This document shows positions 20,817 to 29,506 of a stretch of 64,000 nucleotides of DNA, piece by piece; the first letter of the stretch is position 1, and each line of letters begins with the position of its first letter. The translations under genes and the position numbers were made by a program. The notes beneath the pieces were generated by a model. That model was given only the letters and a program-made list of their open reading frames with translations. It had not been told where the DNA came from and did no database searches. The DNA is from Candidatus Poribacteria bacterium (GTDB taxonomy: Bacteria; Poribacteria; WGA-4E; WGA-3G), in contig OZ240248.1 in assembly GCA_965198235.1 (NCBI GenBank), forward strand, positions 320,001 through 384,000, in the 5' to 3' direction.

Positions 20817-22424
20817 ATGAAAACATTTGGCACCTATGGTCCTGTAAATCCTGAAGATAATTACGTCGTCTCACGCACTGAGGAACTCGCTGATTTCATC
20901 AAACGCGTCAAACTCGGACGTTACATCGTTATCTTCGCGCCCCGACAGACAGGCAAAACTACGTTTTTCCAATGGGCACTTGATGCACTCGCCACCGATA
21001 CCACAGAAACCTACTTCCCCATTGAACTCAATTTTGAGGTATATGAAGATTGTACTGCCTCCGATTTTTACAGCTCTCTCTACCAAAGAATTTGTAGGGA
21101 AATTGCGAGCGTCTTCCGAAAACGCCAACGCTTGCCTTCCGAAGCTTTGAGTCAGTTCTTGGAGAATACACGCTTAACTGGTCACGTGGTGATGATGGAA
21201 TTCTTTGAACAACTTGGGGAGTTTCTAGCAGATGAGAAGCTTGTCCTCATCATTGACGAGTTTGATGGCATTCCCCGCGAGGCCGTGCGGGGTTTCCTGC
21301 ATGCCCTCCGTAACATCTATGTCCAGCGTTCTATGCGGAAATGCCCCTACAGCGTCGGTATTGTAGGCGTTAAGAACATCGCGCAGCTCAATTTAGACCG
21401 CTCTATTTCGCCTTTCAATATCCAAGACGAGTTCACCTTACCTAACTTCACCCTTGCGCAGGTCCGCGAGCTTCTTGAACAATATACGGATGAAGTCGGC
21501 CAAGCCTTCACGCCTGAAGTCATTGAGAATATCCATAGACAGACCGCCGGACAGCCGTTCCTCGTCAATCGGTTCGCGCAAATTCTCACTGAGGAGATGA
21601 ACATTCCAAAAACCGAGACAATTGCAATGATGCACTTTTCAAAAGCGCACGCAGAAATTCTTGAAGAAAATAACACCAACCTTACACATCTGGTAACGAA
21701 TATTCGTCGGGATCCGCGCTTTAAAAACCTTCTGATGGAAATCGTTTCTTACGAGAGAGGCGTACGCTTCAATCTACACCAGGAACTCATCAGTGAACTC
21801 GCCACTTACGGTGTAATCGCAAGAGGGGGTGATGACCGCTGTGAAATCGTCAACCCGATTTATCACTATTGTATCCTACAGACATTCAAACCCATAGTGA
21901 ACGGGTTAGAAAAAGATTACCTTCCTGAAGATGCCGATTTTCTCGACTACCTCACGCCCACAGGGCAGATTAATATGGAACGCCTCCTTGACAACTTCCG
22001 AGATTTCATCGCACGCGTAGGATTTCGGATACTCCAAGTCCCAGAAACACCAAAAGAGTATGTCGGCCAAGACCTTCTCTACGCTTATCTCGATCAGTTT
22101 GTCAGTCTGATTCGTGGTGTCATGTATCTTGAGGTTCAAACAGGACGTGGCAGGATGGACCTCGTTATCTTCCACAACGCCCAAAAATATATCGTCGAAA
22201 CAAAGATTTGGGAGGGCAATCGACGCTATGAAACCGGTAAGAAACAACTCGCAGCATATCTCAAACTTGAAGGAGCGAGCGAAGGATACTACGTCATCTT
22301 CGATCACCGCAACACCCCGGAACCGCGTGTAGAAACAGAGACAATAGACGGTTTGACAATCCGAAGTTACATCATTCCTGTCGTCCAAGAAGTCCCTTCA
22401 CAACAGATACAGGATTCTACTTGA
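20817..22424 (+). CDS. AAA-like ATPase with C-terminal PD-(D/E)xK nuclease
   Basis: Walker A 'APRQTGKT', Walker B 'IIDEFD', 'GRMDL...VETK...QLAAY'. Confidence 0.85.
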   Translation: MKTFGTYGPVNPEDNYVVSRTEELADFIKRVKLGRYIVIFAPRQTGKTTFFQWALDALATDTTETYFPIELNFEVYEDCTASDFYSSLYQRICREIASVFRKRQRLPSEALSQFLENTRLTGHVVMMEFFEQLGEFLADEKLVLIIDEFDGIPREAVRGFLHALRNIYVQRSMRKCPYSVGIVGVKNIAQLNLDRSISPFNIQDEFTLPNFTLAQVRELLEQYTDEVGQAFTPEVIENIHRQTAGQPFLVNRFAQILTEEMNIPKTETIAMMHFSKAHAEILEENNTNLTHLVTNIRRDPRFKNLLMEIVSYERGVRFNLHQELISELATYGVIARGGDDRCEIVNPIYHYCILQTFKPIVNGLEKDYLPEDADFLDYLTPTGQINMERLLDNFRDFIARVGFRILQVPETPKEYVGQDLLYAYLDQFVSLIRGVMYLEVQTGRGRMDLVIFHNAQKYIVETKIWEGNRRYETGKKQLAAYLKLEGASEGYYVIFDHRNTPEPRVETETIDGLTIRSYIIPVVQEVPSQQIQDST

Positions 22425-22508
22425 AATTCTGGGATGGACTGATGTATCATATATGTAGAGAACCTGAGTAGTCCTGTAATGACGAAACGTTTATAGCGTA
22501 GGCAAAAA

Positions 22509-25500
22509 ATGCGATACATCAAGCCCATCGTTTGGCTCATCTTTATCTTCTCCGGTGCCAGTGGACTCATCTATGAAGTCATCTGGATGCGGCAGCTCAC
22601 GCTCATCTTCGGGAGCACTATTTTCGCAACGAGTACCGTCCTGACGGCGTTTATGGCAGGACTTGCACTCGGCAGCTACTACTTCGGTAGGAAGATTGAC
22701 GAAAGCACACAGTCTCCGCTGCGACTCTACGCGCTTCTGGAAGCCGGCATCGGTGCGTTCTGCCTTGTTTGGCCCCTCATTTTAGCGGCACTTAGCGCGA
22801 TCTATGTGCTAATTCATCGAAACGTCACATCAGAATTCTATACCCTCTCACTTATTCGGTTCATGTTGACGTTCGGGGTCCTATTAATTCCTTCCACGTT
22901 GATGGGCGGCACACTACCGGTATTAACCCGATTTTTTGTAAAAAGGCTGGAACAACTCGGCACGAACATCGGAATCCTGTATGCGTTGAACACTTTCGGT
23001 GCCGTTGTCGGAACCGTGGCGGCAGGTTTTTTCCTGATCGAGGCGTTGGGCATTCGATGGACGCTCGGTGTCGGTATCACTATCAATTTCGGTGTAGCAG
23101 CGGTCGCATTAGCGTTAACACAGAAGGTATCAGGAACAGAAGCGGATGCCCCCCGTGAAGAGATACAACAAGCGGAATCTGAAGATGTCTCTTATCTACC
23201 TGAAAAGCGTTTGGTGCTATGGGCGATAGGTGTCTCTGGGTTTTGTGCTTTGGCGTATGAGGTGTTGTGGACCCGTATCATGGTCTTCTTCCTTGGGAGC
23301 ACGACGTATGCATTTGCGACGATGCTTGCGGCGTTCCTGTTCGGCATCGCGCTGGGGAGCATGGTGTTTTCGCGCTGGGTCGACCGGATTAAACAACCTA
23401 TCGCAGTTTTCGGCATCGTTCAACTCGGCATTGGGCTCCTCGCGCTGATTTTGATGCCGGCGTTTGAGGAGTTGTACGGGATGAGCCAAGCGTTCCAATC
23501 TACCTTCGGTGGGAGCAGATTCTGGGCGTTCTTCTCCTGTTTTCTTGTGATGTGTTTGCCGACGTTTTTGATGGGCGCGAGTTTTCCACTCGTGACGAAG
23601 ATTTACACCGGCAGCGCACGCCAATTGGGTAGGAGTATCGGAAACGTCTATGCAGTCAACACCGTTGGAAGCATTTTAGGCGCGTTTTGTGCAGGGTTTA
23701 TCCTGATTCCGCTTTTGGGCATTCGACCGAGTATCGTGCTGACGGTAGTTTTGAACACGGGCATCGGGTGTCTGCTTGTTTTGAGAAGCGGACGACTCAC
23801 TGAAACAGGAAAATCGCTCCTACAAGGAGTAGGCGTGGGGATACCGGTTCTCAATGCTGGGTTGGCTGTGATTCTTTTGCTTACGGTGAATCAACCGCTT
23901 TTTCTCAAGAGTACTATTTTCAAAACGCAACGCCCTGGCGATACGCTCATTGATTACAATGAGGAGGTGGATGCAACGGTAACCACGTTAAAAGATGATG
24001 AAGGGATCTACCGTCTCTATGTAGATACAAATCAGGCAGCGGATGCCTCGCGTTGGGATTCACCTTCACATCGCGTTATTGCGCATCTACCGCTATTGTT
24101 GCACCCGCGTCCGAAACAGGCACTCGTTGTCGGGTTCGGCATGGGACTCACCTCACATTCGATAACGCAACACGGTATACGGGTTGATGCGATAGAGTTG
24201 TCCAGCGGCGTGATTTCCGCCGCACAAAAGCATTTCACGCACGTCAACGGAAATGTGTTTGAGAACCCGCGGTTTAATTATAGACTCAACGATGGACGAA
24301 ACCATATCCTGATGACGAAGACCAAATACGATATGATTTCGACCGGTATCATCCATCCGCTCGTCAGTGCCGGGAGTTCCAATATCTATACAGCGGACTT
24401 TTACCGTCTGTGTCGTCGGATTCTGAGCGAAAACGGGATCATGTGTCAGTGGGTGCCGTTGCATCGCTTACCGGAGGCGCATTATAAGATGATTGTGCGC
24501 ACCTTCATTGAAGTGTTTCCACATACGACACTCTGGTACAAATACACACCCGACTTTGTAATTCTCATCGGCACACATGAACCACTGCGAATTGATTATA
24601 AAAACTTCATGGCACGTGCACAGATCGCAAGTATCCGCGAAGGGCTTGCTGCCGATGACCTCGACGGTCCGTCGCTGCTCGATTCATTCATGATGGGACC
24701 TGAAGCTGTGCGCAAATACGCTGGCATTGGACCCATTCACACAGACAACCGTCCTCGATTAGAATTCTTCCGTGGGGCAGACTTGGTGGGGACAACGACG
24801 CAAAACGTTAAAGGGATGTCAGAATATCGGGAGCGGGTGCTGCCTTACCTGACAAACTATGGCGCGACACTCGCAGAGAAACGGGGCGTTCGAGAGAAAT
24901 TCGACACCTACTTCAGAGCCACGCAGCGGTTAATCCGTGGACAGATTGCTTACGCGAGTGGGCAGTACCAGAACGCTGCATCACTCATGAATGATGCTGT
25001 AGAACTCAATCCCGCTGACGAAACAATCCGCTATAACTTCGGAATCGTTGCGGGCTTAATTCGCGAGGGTGAGCAGGAGGAGCTCCGGCAGATTGAAAAG
25101 CAGGTGCAGCAGACGATGGCGCAAAATCCTGATGACCTTCAGGGACACCTCCATTTGGCAACGTTGTATGAGATGCAGGGTGAACTTGGAAAGGCAACGA
25201 GGGAGCTTGAGGAATTGCTCAGACGCGATCCTAAAAGATTTGAGGTCTATCTACTCTTGGGCCCCCTGTATGAACGCCAAGAACGTTACAAGGATGCCCT
25301 TCGGACTTACGAACAACTTGAGCAGCAGGAGACAACTTCGCAGCTGCCTGCGCCTATTTTCGCGGCAATGGCGCAACTACATCTGCAATTAGAAAATATG
25401 GAAGAAGCCGAACGATATGGAAAGAAAGGTATCGCTGCAGATGTCAATTCGTGGCGTTCCCACTATATACTTGGAAACGTTTACGCCGCCAAGAATCAGC

Positions 25501-25634
25501 GGCAGAAACAGATAGAGTCCTACAGCAACGCGCTGGAAGCACTTGATGAAATCGTCCGTGTCTCCGCAGATCCGAGTGATCTATTGAGTGCCAAAGAACA
25601 GATCCAGAAAGAACTTGAACAACTTAGAAAATAA
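22509..25634 (+). CDS. Fused MFS/spermidine-synthase-like membrane protein with C-terminal TPR repeats
   Basis: Two 'SG..L.YE..W.R' membrane repeats, 'VVGFGMG', 'NDGR', TPR-like helices. Confidence 0.85.
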   Translation: MRYIKPIVWLIFIFSGASGLIYEVIWMRQLTLIFGSTIFATSTVLTAFMAGLALGSYYFGRKIDESTQSPLRLYALLEAGIGAFCLVWPLILAALSAIYVLIHRNVTSEFYTLSLIRFMLTFGVLLIPSTLMGGTLPVLTRFFVKRLEQLGTNIGILYALNTFGAVVGTVAAGFFLIEALGIRWTLGVGITINFGVAAVALALTQKVSGTEADAPREEIQQAESEDVSYLPEKRLVLWAIGVSGFCALAYEVLWTRIMVFFLGSTTYAFATMLAAFLFGIALGSMVFSRWVDRIKQPIAVFGIVQLGIGLLALILMPAFEELYGMSQAFQSTFGGSRFWAFFSCFLVMCLPTFLMGASFPLVTKIYTGSARQLGRSIGNVYAVNTVGSILGAFCAGFILIPLLGIRPSIVLTVVLNTGIGCLLVLRSGRLTETGKSLLQGVGVGIPVLNAGLAVILLLTVNQPLFLKSTIFKTQRPGDTLIDYNEEVDATVTTLKDDEGIYRLYVDTNQAADASRWDSPSHRVIAHLPLLLHPRPKQALVVGFGMGLTSHSITQHGIRVDAIELSSGVISAAQKHFTHVNGNVFENPRFNYRLNDGRNHILMTKTKYDMISTGIIHPLVSAGSSNIYTADFYRLCRRILSENGIMCQWVPLHRLPEAHYKMIVRTFIEVFPHTTLWYKYTPDFVILIGTHEPLRIDYKNFMARAQIASIREGLAADDLDGPSLLDSFMMGPEAVRKYAGIGPIHTDNRPRLEFFRGADLVGTTTQNVKGMSEYRERVLPYLTNYGATLAEKRGVREKFDTYFRATQRLIRGQIAYASGQYQNAASLMNDAVELNPADETIRYNFGIVAGLIREGEQEELRQIEKQVQQTMAQNPDDLQGHLHLATLYEMQGELGKATRELEELLRRDPKRFEVYLLLGPLYERQERYKDALRTYEQLEQQETTSQLPAPIFAAMAQLHLQLENMEEAERYGKKGIAADVNSWRSHYILGNVYAAKNQRQKQIESYSNALEALDEIVRVSADPSDLLSAKEQIQKELEQLRK

Positions 25635-25752
25635 CATTTGTTTTTTTGAATTTCCAGGACGAGCAAGCCCGAAACGAAGTGGAGGGCGACTCTACGGAAA
25701 TAAACGTCAATGCGCTAACCCGCTTGACCGAACCGCAAGGAAAATTAGAAAA

Positions 25753-27792
25753 ATGTCTCAAGAAACCCAAGAAGCCACATCGTCTTGTTTAAAACGAACC
25801 CATTATTGTGGGGACCTACGCTTAACCGACACGGGTACGACTGCGCAACTCAACGGTTGGGTCAACCGCCGTCGAGATCATGGCGGAGTCATCTTCGTTG
25901 ATTTGCGTGACAGGACGGGTATCACGCAGGTCGTCTTTGACCCACAGATTGACGAAAAGGCGCACGCGCTCGCAGATGCCGTCAGAAGCGAATATGTGTT
26001 GAACGTCAGTGGCACCGTTCGCGAACGTGATCCAGGCGAATTGCTTTTCCAAGCGGACGCGGCGTACCAAACGGAACTCGCCGATGGTGTCCTCTCCCCA
26101 GCGTTTCGATCCCTGTTTTCGGATGTCGATACGAAGTACACCCTCTCCGAAGAGATTGAGGTAGCAACCCGCGTCGCTGGCACGCGGTGGCTACTCACCG
26201 ATGTCGAAAATAATCGGACATATCACATCGTCATTGAAGATGTGGGGGGAAAAGACGGTCTCAGCATTTACCAAGGCACGGTCAACCCGGAACTTGACAC
26301 GGGTGAGATTGAAGTCGCTGTGGATTCTCTGAATATCCTGAATACTGCCAAGACACCGCCGTTCCCGGTTGAAGACGACGTTGACGTAGCAGAAGACATC
26401 CGGATGCGCTATCGATTCGTCGATCTACGCCGTCCTGAGATGCAGAAGACTTTAGCGATGCGGCATAAAGCGGCACTTGCAGCACGCAACTATATGAACG
26501 AGCAGGGCTTCCTTGAGATTGAGACTCCTATTTTGATGAACAGCACGCCAGAAGGGGCACGCGATGTACTCGTTCCGAGTCGTCACTACCCCGGCAGGTT
26601 CTATGCACTTCCGCAATCACCGCAGCAGTTTAAACAGATTTTGATGATGAGCGGTGTTGATCGGTATTTCCAGATAGCACGATGCTTCCGGGATGAGGAC
26701 ACCCGTGCCGACAGACAGTTAGAATTCACGCAACTTGATATTGAGATGTCATTCGCGGGGGTGGACGATGTGCTTGAGGTGACCGAAGGGTTGATGAAAC
26801 GGATATTTGAGGATGCGGGCGGTATTCCCGTTCAAACGCCTTTCCTACGGCTCCCCTATCACGAATCGATAGCACGGTTCGGGAACGACAAGCCGGATAC
26901 GCGGTTCGGCATGGAACTCACCGATGTTTCCGATGTCATGGCAAACTGCGATTTTCAGGTATTTACACGCACCTTGTCCGCAGGCGGGCAGGTCAAAGCC
27001 ATCGCTGCCCCAGGCGGTGCGGACTTTTCACGCAAAGACATCGACGATCTGACGCAATTCGTCGCCACCTACCGAGCGAAAGGATTGGCGTGGGTTAAGG
27101 TCACAACGGATCGGTTTTCATCTGGTATCGTCAAGTTCTTCACAACAGAGCAACTTGAAACAGCACAAGAGAGAACGGGCGCGAAACCGGGTGACATCAT
27201 GTTCTTTGTCGCTGACAAGCCAAAGGTCGTCGCTGATGCCCTCGGCAATCTCCGTCTCCACCTTGGACGCAAACTGAACCTCATTGACGAAACTCAACAC
27301 AACTTCCTGTGGATCATTGATTATCCGCTGTTTGAGTGGAACGAGGACGAGAATCGCTACGAACCCTTCCATCATCTGTTCACTGGAGGGACAGAGGAAA
27401 CGTTACCGTTGTTAGACACAGATCCGGGGAAGGTTCAGAGCCAACACTACGATCTCGTGTGCAACGGATATGAGATCTGTAGCGGAAGTGTCAGGATCCA
27501 CCAGTGGGATATCCAACAGAAGGTTTTCGAGGCTCTGGACATCACGCCGGAAGAGGTCGAAAGCCGGTTTGGCTATTTCATAGATGCGTTAGCGTATGGC
27601 ACACCGCCGCATGCTGGCATCGCTCCAGGCTTAGACCGAATGGTCATGCTGATGCGGAACGAGGAGAACATCCGAGAGGTCATCGCGTTCCCGAAATCGC
27701 AACAAGGTCTCTGCCCACTAACGCATGCTCCGTCTCTTGTAACAGATACGCAACTTGAAGAATTATCGATTCGCGTTGATGCGGAACCTTAG
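25753..27792 (+). CDS. aspS: Aspartate-tRNA ligase (likely non-discriminating) with an 80-aa insertion
   Basis: 'RTHYCG', 'DHGGVIFVDLRD', 'PQSPQQFKQ', 'CFRDED', 'GLDR'. Confidence 0.97.
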   Translation: MSQETQEATSSCLKRTHYCGDLRLTDTGTTAQLNGWVNRRRDHGGVIFVDLRDRTGITQVVFDPQIDEKAHALADAVRSEYVLNVSGTVRERDPGELLFQADAAYQTELADGVLSPAFRSLFSDVDTKYTLSEEIEVATRVAGTRWLLTDVENNRTYHIVIEDVGGKDGLSIYQGTVNPELDTGEIEVAVDSLNILNTAKTPPFPVEDDVDVAEDIRMRYRFVDLRRPEMQKTLAMRHKAALAARNYMNEQGFLEIETPILMNSTPEGARDVLVPSRHYPGRFYALPQSPQQFKQILMMSGVDRYFQIARCFRDEDTRADRQLEFTQLDIEMSFAGVDDVLEVTEGLMKRIFEDAGGIPVQTPFLRLPYHESIARFGNDKPDTRFGMELTDVSDVMANCDFQVFTRTLSAGGQVKAIAAPGGADFSRKDIDDLTQFVATYRAKGLAWVKVTTDRFSSGIVKFFTTEQLETAQERTGAKPGDIMFFVADKPKVVADALGNLRLHLGRKLNLIDETQHNFLWIIDYPLFEWNEDENRYEPFHHLFTGGTEETLPLLDTDPGKVQSQHYDLVCNGYEICSGSVRIHQWDIQQKVFEALDITPEEVESRFGYFIDALAYGTPPHAGIAPGLDRMVMLMRNEENIREVIAFPKSQQGLCPLTHAPSLVTDTQLEELSIRVDAEP

Positions 27793-27890
27793 TCAACTAC
27801 TTCCGCAGTAGGCGCGATTATGAGTGAAGGGTTGGAAACCTTGCCAGCGGCGCGTCTCAAATTAACACTTAAAAGAAAGGGAATCAAACT

Positions 27891-29498
27891 ATGAACGAAA
27901 ATGGAAATAAACCAAAGGTCAGCCTCGGTCTGCTTTACGGGATTGTCATTGCTATTGTTGCTGGGGCAATCATCGGTGGGTTCGCACCAGGCTTTGCTGT
28001 CCACACAACAATACTGGGTGAAATATTCTTAAACCTACTGAAGATGATAGTAGTGCCGCTCGTCATTTTGTCTATGATAGTCGGAATAACGAATTTAGGC
28101 GATATTCGCAACATCGGTTCCATCGGGGGACGAACTGTCCTGTACTACATGGCGACAACTGCTATTTCCGTTCTCATTGGCATGATTCTCGTCAACATCA
28201 TCTTGCCGGGGAAGGGACTATCACAAGGCGAAGAGCGGGCTGATCTCAGTTACACACTCTCTGGTCCTGAGATGCTCACTGTTGAGTTGAACGCGGAATT
28301 CAATCGGACATATAACAATAAATATGTCATCACCCTCGTTGACCAGAATGTGCGTGGCGAAGTCGAATCAATTTCTGGGACAACAGTCACGGTGAAATCG
28401 TGGCAACCGCTATCCGAAGATGCCCATTACGTCGCAACCGACAGCGGCGAACGCTTATTGTTCATTGAGGGTCGTCTTGAGAGGGTAGATCCCCAAAATA
28501 CGGGTAAAGGTATTAATATTGGCTTGCCGATTGCCACAAGAGTGTCCGGCAAAATGGAACGGACTATGGGGAGTACCATCAAGGAGGTGTTTCTCGGCAA
28601 CGAAGAGACCGGCAAAGAGGGAATGATCCCCTCAAACGTCTTCAAAGCGATGGTGCGAACCGATATTCTGCCCTTAATCTTTTTCTCACTTCTCATCGGT
28701 GCCGCTCTATCCATGCTTGGGGATATCGGTAGACCTGTCGTCGCCGTGATTTCGGGGTTAAATGAGGCGGTGATGAAACTCGTTCACTGGATAATGTATG
28801 TCGCACCGGTTGGTATCTTCGGCTTAATCGCTGGTAGGATCGGTGAGGCAAAAGGGTTCGCAGGTTTTTGGCCCGAACTCGTAGCGGTGGGCAAGTATAG
28901 CGCGACAGTCGTGTTAGGACTCGGCGTACACGGTGCCATCGTTTTACCGATACTCCTGTTGATCTTGGGACGCAGAAATCCGCTCAACTACTTCAAGGGC
29001 ATGGCAACCGCCTTACTCAACGCCTTTTCGACGGCGAGTTCAAGTGCAACTTTGCCGCTAACGATGGAAGGGGTTGAGAATCAGAACGGTGTCTCCAGAC
29101 GTACCTCCAGTTTTGTTCTTCCGTTGGGAGCAACCATTAACATGGATGGAACTGCACTCTATGAGGCGGTCGCGGTCATGTTCATCGCACAGGTCTATGC
29201 GATTTCCATGGATCCAGCGCAACAAGTTGTTGTTGTGCTTACCGCTACCTTGGCAGCAATAGGGGCCGCAGGGATTCCGGAGGCAGGGCTTGTCACAATG
29301 GTTATCGTACTCAGAGCCGTGGATCTTCCAATTGAAGGTATAACGCTGATCCTCTCCATCGATTGGCTACTTGACCGGTTCCGTACCACAGTTAACGTCT
29401 GGGGTGACAGCATCGGTGCAGGCGTGATTGAGACGTATGAATCCAGAGATTCAACTGATGCCCCGGCAACCGTTGGAGCGGTGCCCAGAGGCAAATAA
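27891..29498 (+). CDS. Dicarboxylate/amino acid:cation symporter (DAACS) with enlarged loop
   Basis: 'STASSSATLP', 'GATINMDGTALYE', 'DRFRTTVNVWGD'. Confidence 0.92.
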   Translation: MNENGNKPKVSLGLLYGIVIAIVAGAIIGGFAPGFAVHTTILGEIFLNLLKMIVVPLVILSMIVGITNLGDIRNIGSIGGRTVLYYMATTAISVLIGMILVNIILPGKGLSQGEERADLSYTLSGPEMLTVELNAEFNRTYNNKYVITLVDQNVRGEVESISGTTVTVKSWQPLSEDAHYVATDSGERLLFIEGRLERVDPQNTGKGINIGLPIATRVSGKMERTMGSTIKEVFLGNEETGKEGMIPSNVFKAMVRTDILPLIFFSLLIGAALSMLGDIGRPVVAVISGLNEAVMKLVHWIMYVAPVGIFGLIAGRIGEAKGFAGFWPELVAVGKYSATVVLGLGVHGAIVLPILLLILGRRNPLNYFKGMATALLNAFSTASSSATLPLTMEGVENQNGVSRRTSSFVLPLGATINMDGTALYEAVAVMFIAQVYAISMDPAQQVVVVLTATLAAIGAAGIPEAGLVTMVIVLRAVDLPIEGITLILSIDWLLDRFRTTVNVWGDSIGAGVIETYESRDSTDAPATVGAVPRGK

Positions 29499-29506
29499 TT
29501 TAAAAA

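Noticed and set aside
26035-26274. Intein in aspS
   Set aside because: Too short, and lacks the N-terminal Cys/Ser and the His-Asn plus Cys/Ser/Thr splice junction
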